A DNA stretch of 63,244 nt, counting the filler, from Olpidium bornovanus S191 (Eukaryota; Fungi; Olpidiomycota), in assembly GCA_017911155.1 (NCBI GenBank). It is 27 parts of 27 records of this genome, joined end to end, with 100 filler letters (N's around TTAATTAATTAA, not from the genome) between each part and the next. Parts side by side here need not be neighbours in the genome. Positions count along the whole stretch, not along the records: positions 60,240 to 61,645 come from JAEFCI010010455.1; positions 61,746 to 63,244 come from JAEFCI010001286.1; 25 more parts are not named here. One strand, written 5' to 3'. Shown here in pieces: positions 60,572-63,244 of this stretch. Positions within the stretch are counted from its first letter, which is position 1, and each line of letters begins with the position of its first letter. The notes under the pieces are model-generated. The model searched no databases and had not been told where the DNA came from. It was given only the letters and a program-made list of their open reading frames with translations. The translations under genes were made by a program, and so were the position numbers.

Positions 60572-60649
60572 ATTCTATAAAATTCTCCAATGTACCTTTG
60601 GTGCCGTAATCTTGAGTCGGTTTCTCGTTTGCACTTCCAGAGGTGACTT

Positions 60650-61340
60650 TCACGCGGTAGTTGCCCGCATGCCGATTTGATTGCGGAATTTTGCGAACTT
60701 CCAGCGGTCTAATAGTTTTGTGAAGACGTTGGCCGGGTTTTCGGCCGTTCGAACGCGGCAGATCCTGATGCTCCCTTCGGCCGTGCACCAGCGGAGGTCG
60801 TGAACGCAAACGTCTATATGTTTGGATCTTTTGGATATCTTATGGTCTGTGGCCAACTCAGCTGCGCCGGTGTTGTCTATCATCAGTCGGGTAGGCCCGA
60901 CTACCCCCTGCGGGTCGATTTCCTCAAGGAGGGAGCAAAGCCATTTGACCTCCTGTGCCTCTTCTGACCCGGCGACGAACTCGGCTTCGCAGGAAGAGGT
61001 GGAGACGCATTTTTGCCGTGTGGTGGGGGACGCGCTGCGTAGAGAAAGTTAGATGTAGAGGTAGTGCTGCCTGTCGTCTCGACACCCGTTGTCTCGACAC
61101 CATACCTTAAACGCTTTTCCTCGAAGAGCCCGTTGAAGTGCCCTTCGACGGATTGGCTGGTGATAACTGATGCGCTCTCAGTAGCGCCCGTATCGCCCGT
61201 ACTGACTTTATATCCATGCGTTCTTGGTAGCGCCTGTAACGACTTCGCTTTGATGCGTTCATCGAAGCGCCCGCCCAGGTGGCCTGGACGGCTTCCCCAG
61301 GGGGGGTATAGAAACCCTCCCCGGTGAGTGCGCCCACAGG
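60650..61340 (-). mobile_element. Internally deleted Ty1/copia remnant (integrase-like piece joined to RNase H)
   Basis: TSSCEAEFVAGSEEAQEVKWL..IDNTGAAELA..KRSKHIDV..ENPANVFTKLL is the same family as 12330-12845. The upstream EGHFNGLFEEKRLRYGVETT resembles the integrase GGEF...GI..ETT segment. Confidence 0.8.
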
Positions 61341-61949
61341 CAAATTCGCGCTTCGCCTTTAGTGCATGAATTTCCTAGTTCCCCCCATCCTTCCCTTTCC
61401 CCCCTTCGCTTCTGGTCGGAACCCCTTGATGTTGTACTACTACTACGCTCACGCGTGTTGGAGAATAGACCCGGCACACCGCCGGAACGTGTAAAACTCA
61501 GAGAGAACAAAGGCCCTCACCCGAACACAACAACAAACGCTTTCCGCCTCCGGCTGCCCGCCGCGCCGCCTCCGCCGCCTGCGGCCGCCCGCCGCGCCAT
61601 CTTCGCCTCCATCCGCGCGCCCCTGCGGGTTGCATCCCAGTCATGNNNNNNNNNNNNNNNNNNNNNNNNNNNNNNNNNNNNNNNNNNNNTTAATTAATTA
61701 ANNNNNNNNNNNNNNNNNNNNNNNNNNNNNNNNNNNNNNNNNNNNCTCTCTCTCTCTCTTTTTTTTTTTTTCTCGGGAACGCGTTCAATTTTTCCGGGGG
61801 GGGGACGGGGGACGGGGTTTGCGGGCGCTCACCTTTTTTTTTTTTTTTTTTTTTTTTTGTGTGGGGGGGGGGGGGGGGGGGTGGGGGGGGGGGGGGGGGG
61901 GGCGGCGGGTGGTTGTGAGGGAAGGATCGCCTTCGAACATTTTCGCGCG

Positions 61950-62914
61950 GTTGGACCTTTTTTTTTCGCTAACGAAAAACAGACAGCCACCGCCAAAAAA
62001 GGCCCCACCGACTTGCGAATTCTCCGCGCCCTCAGGGTGATCGGCACGCACAGGCCCAGGTTCCCCCCCGAAAATGTCCTTAAGCGTAAGTTCAGGAGGC
62101 ATCACGCATTCCGGGGAGTGTAAAGGTATCGTCCTCCGTTCCGCGTCTATCGGAACCCCGCCCGGTTAGCATTCAAACAGGCAGACTCCAGGCCGTACAA
62201 CCCAAAATCTTTCTTCTTTTTTCCTCACCCTTTACAATGTTCTCACGGCAATCTCGCAGTTCGGCGGACCCTTTCCCTGTATTGCTGCGATATGAATGAA
62301 CAACGGCTATGCGTGCAAACGACGCCGGCCTCGGTTCTGAAAACGAAAAACAAAAGAAAACTCCCTTGTATCCCCGTCACCCCCCTCCCTTTTTCCCCGC
62401 CCTCCCTCCCTCCCGTTTTCGGTAACTCACATGTTCGCGGATAAAAGCTGCCGGTCCCGGGAGCGGCGTCGGCGCTGCCGGGCGAGAACAGGTTCAGAGT
62501 CGAAGGGCTCAGGTGGGAAACGGACCTCTTGAACCGCGACAGCTTTCCCGAAGCGCTCCTGGTGAGGGCGCTGGTGCTCCGGTAGTGGTAGTTGCGGCCC
62601 GGCTGGGGGGCCGGTGCGGCGGCGCCCTCGTCGGCGAGCATCTCCCCGATGTCGGTGCTGCGGGAGCGGCGCGGGCTCGCCAGAGTCGCCCAGACGGCCT
62701 CCCGCCACGCCGCACCGCGGGGCTCGTCGTCCAACGGCGCGGTCGACGCCCGCGGGCGGCTGCGGCTTCCGGCGACGGAGGCCCCCGGGGGCTGGAACTC
62801 CGCGTCGGCGAGAGAGGGGATCGAGGCGCAGCGGGCGGCGGCGGCGGCGGCGGCGGCGATCTGGCCGTCAGACGCGCGGCCCGTCGGGGCCAGAGGGGGA
62901 GACGAGGCCGCCAT
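61950..62914 (-). CDS. Unidentified gene, probable N-terminal exons (low-complexity Ser/Arg/Ala-rich)
   Basis: Open frame from MAASSPPLAP to a strong donor (T|GTGAGT at about 62430), then a short exon (KGSAELRDCRENIVKG|gtgagg). Downstream splicing is unresolved. Confidence 0.4.
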
Positions 62915-63206
62915 TCTCGAGCTCGCAGCGGGACCCCAACCTTCTCGCCAGGGCCCAGCGGTGATGGTTTCTCTGCGGGCGGGAAGAGGGCCGGTGAGGG
63001 TGGTGCGGTGGCGGCGGCGGTCTGGCGGCGGTCTGGCGGCGGGACGTGAATAGGTCCGCTCCACCGGAGAAGGGGGAAGGCTCGGAAAGGGCTTCTTTCT
63101 CCCTCTTTCTCCGCTCGATTTCCGATCTTGCTTTCTCTCTCTCTCTCTCCCTCCGCTCCCTCTCGTTTCCTGTTTCCTGTTCCGCGCGAGAGCGCAGAAA
63201 ACAAAA

Positions 63207-63244
<38 letters not shown>

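Overview
This window is not one locus. It is 27 short eukaryotic contigs (about 1.0-6.7 kb) joined by 26 artificial 100-nt linkers (44 N + TTAATTAATTAA + 44 N), so adjacency across linkers has no biological meaning. The DNA is GC-rich, carries many GT-AG introns and has many homopolymer runs. The gene set (MTRR, NEK1-like kinase tail, SGLT-type SLC5 transporter, LMBR1-type protein, fungal-like RPS27/CBF5/PRP31/TMS1) points to an early-diverging, probably zoosporic, non-Dikarya fungus (Olpidium-like; inference only). I spliced the genes by hand: PRP31, LMBR1-like, muniscin mu-homology domain, RPS27, LEA-like, SERINC/TMS1, PLD, CBF5, GPR107/108-like, NEK-like, MTRR, SPX, LRR, annexin, DH-PH RhoGEF, SLC5 symporter, two secreted repeat proteins and several unidentified genes. 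There are also Ty1/copia and Ty3/gypsy remnants. The best novelty candidate is at 42676-46992. There an SPX domain with intact inositol-polyphosphate-binding motifs can be spliced in frame, through two small bridging exons, to an LRR protein with an LRRC58-like tail. This would be a candidate phosphate-sensing ubiquitin-ligase adaptor. No database searches were run; family calls come from motif recognition.
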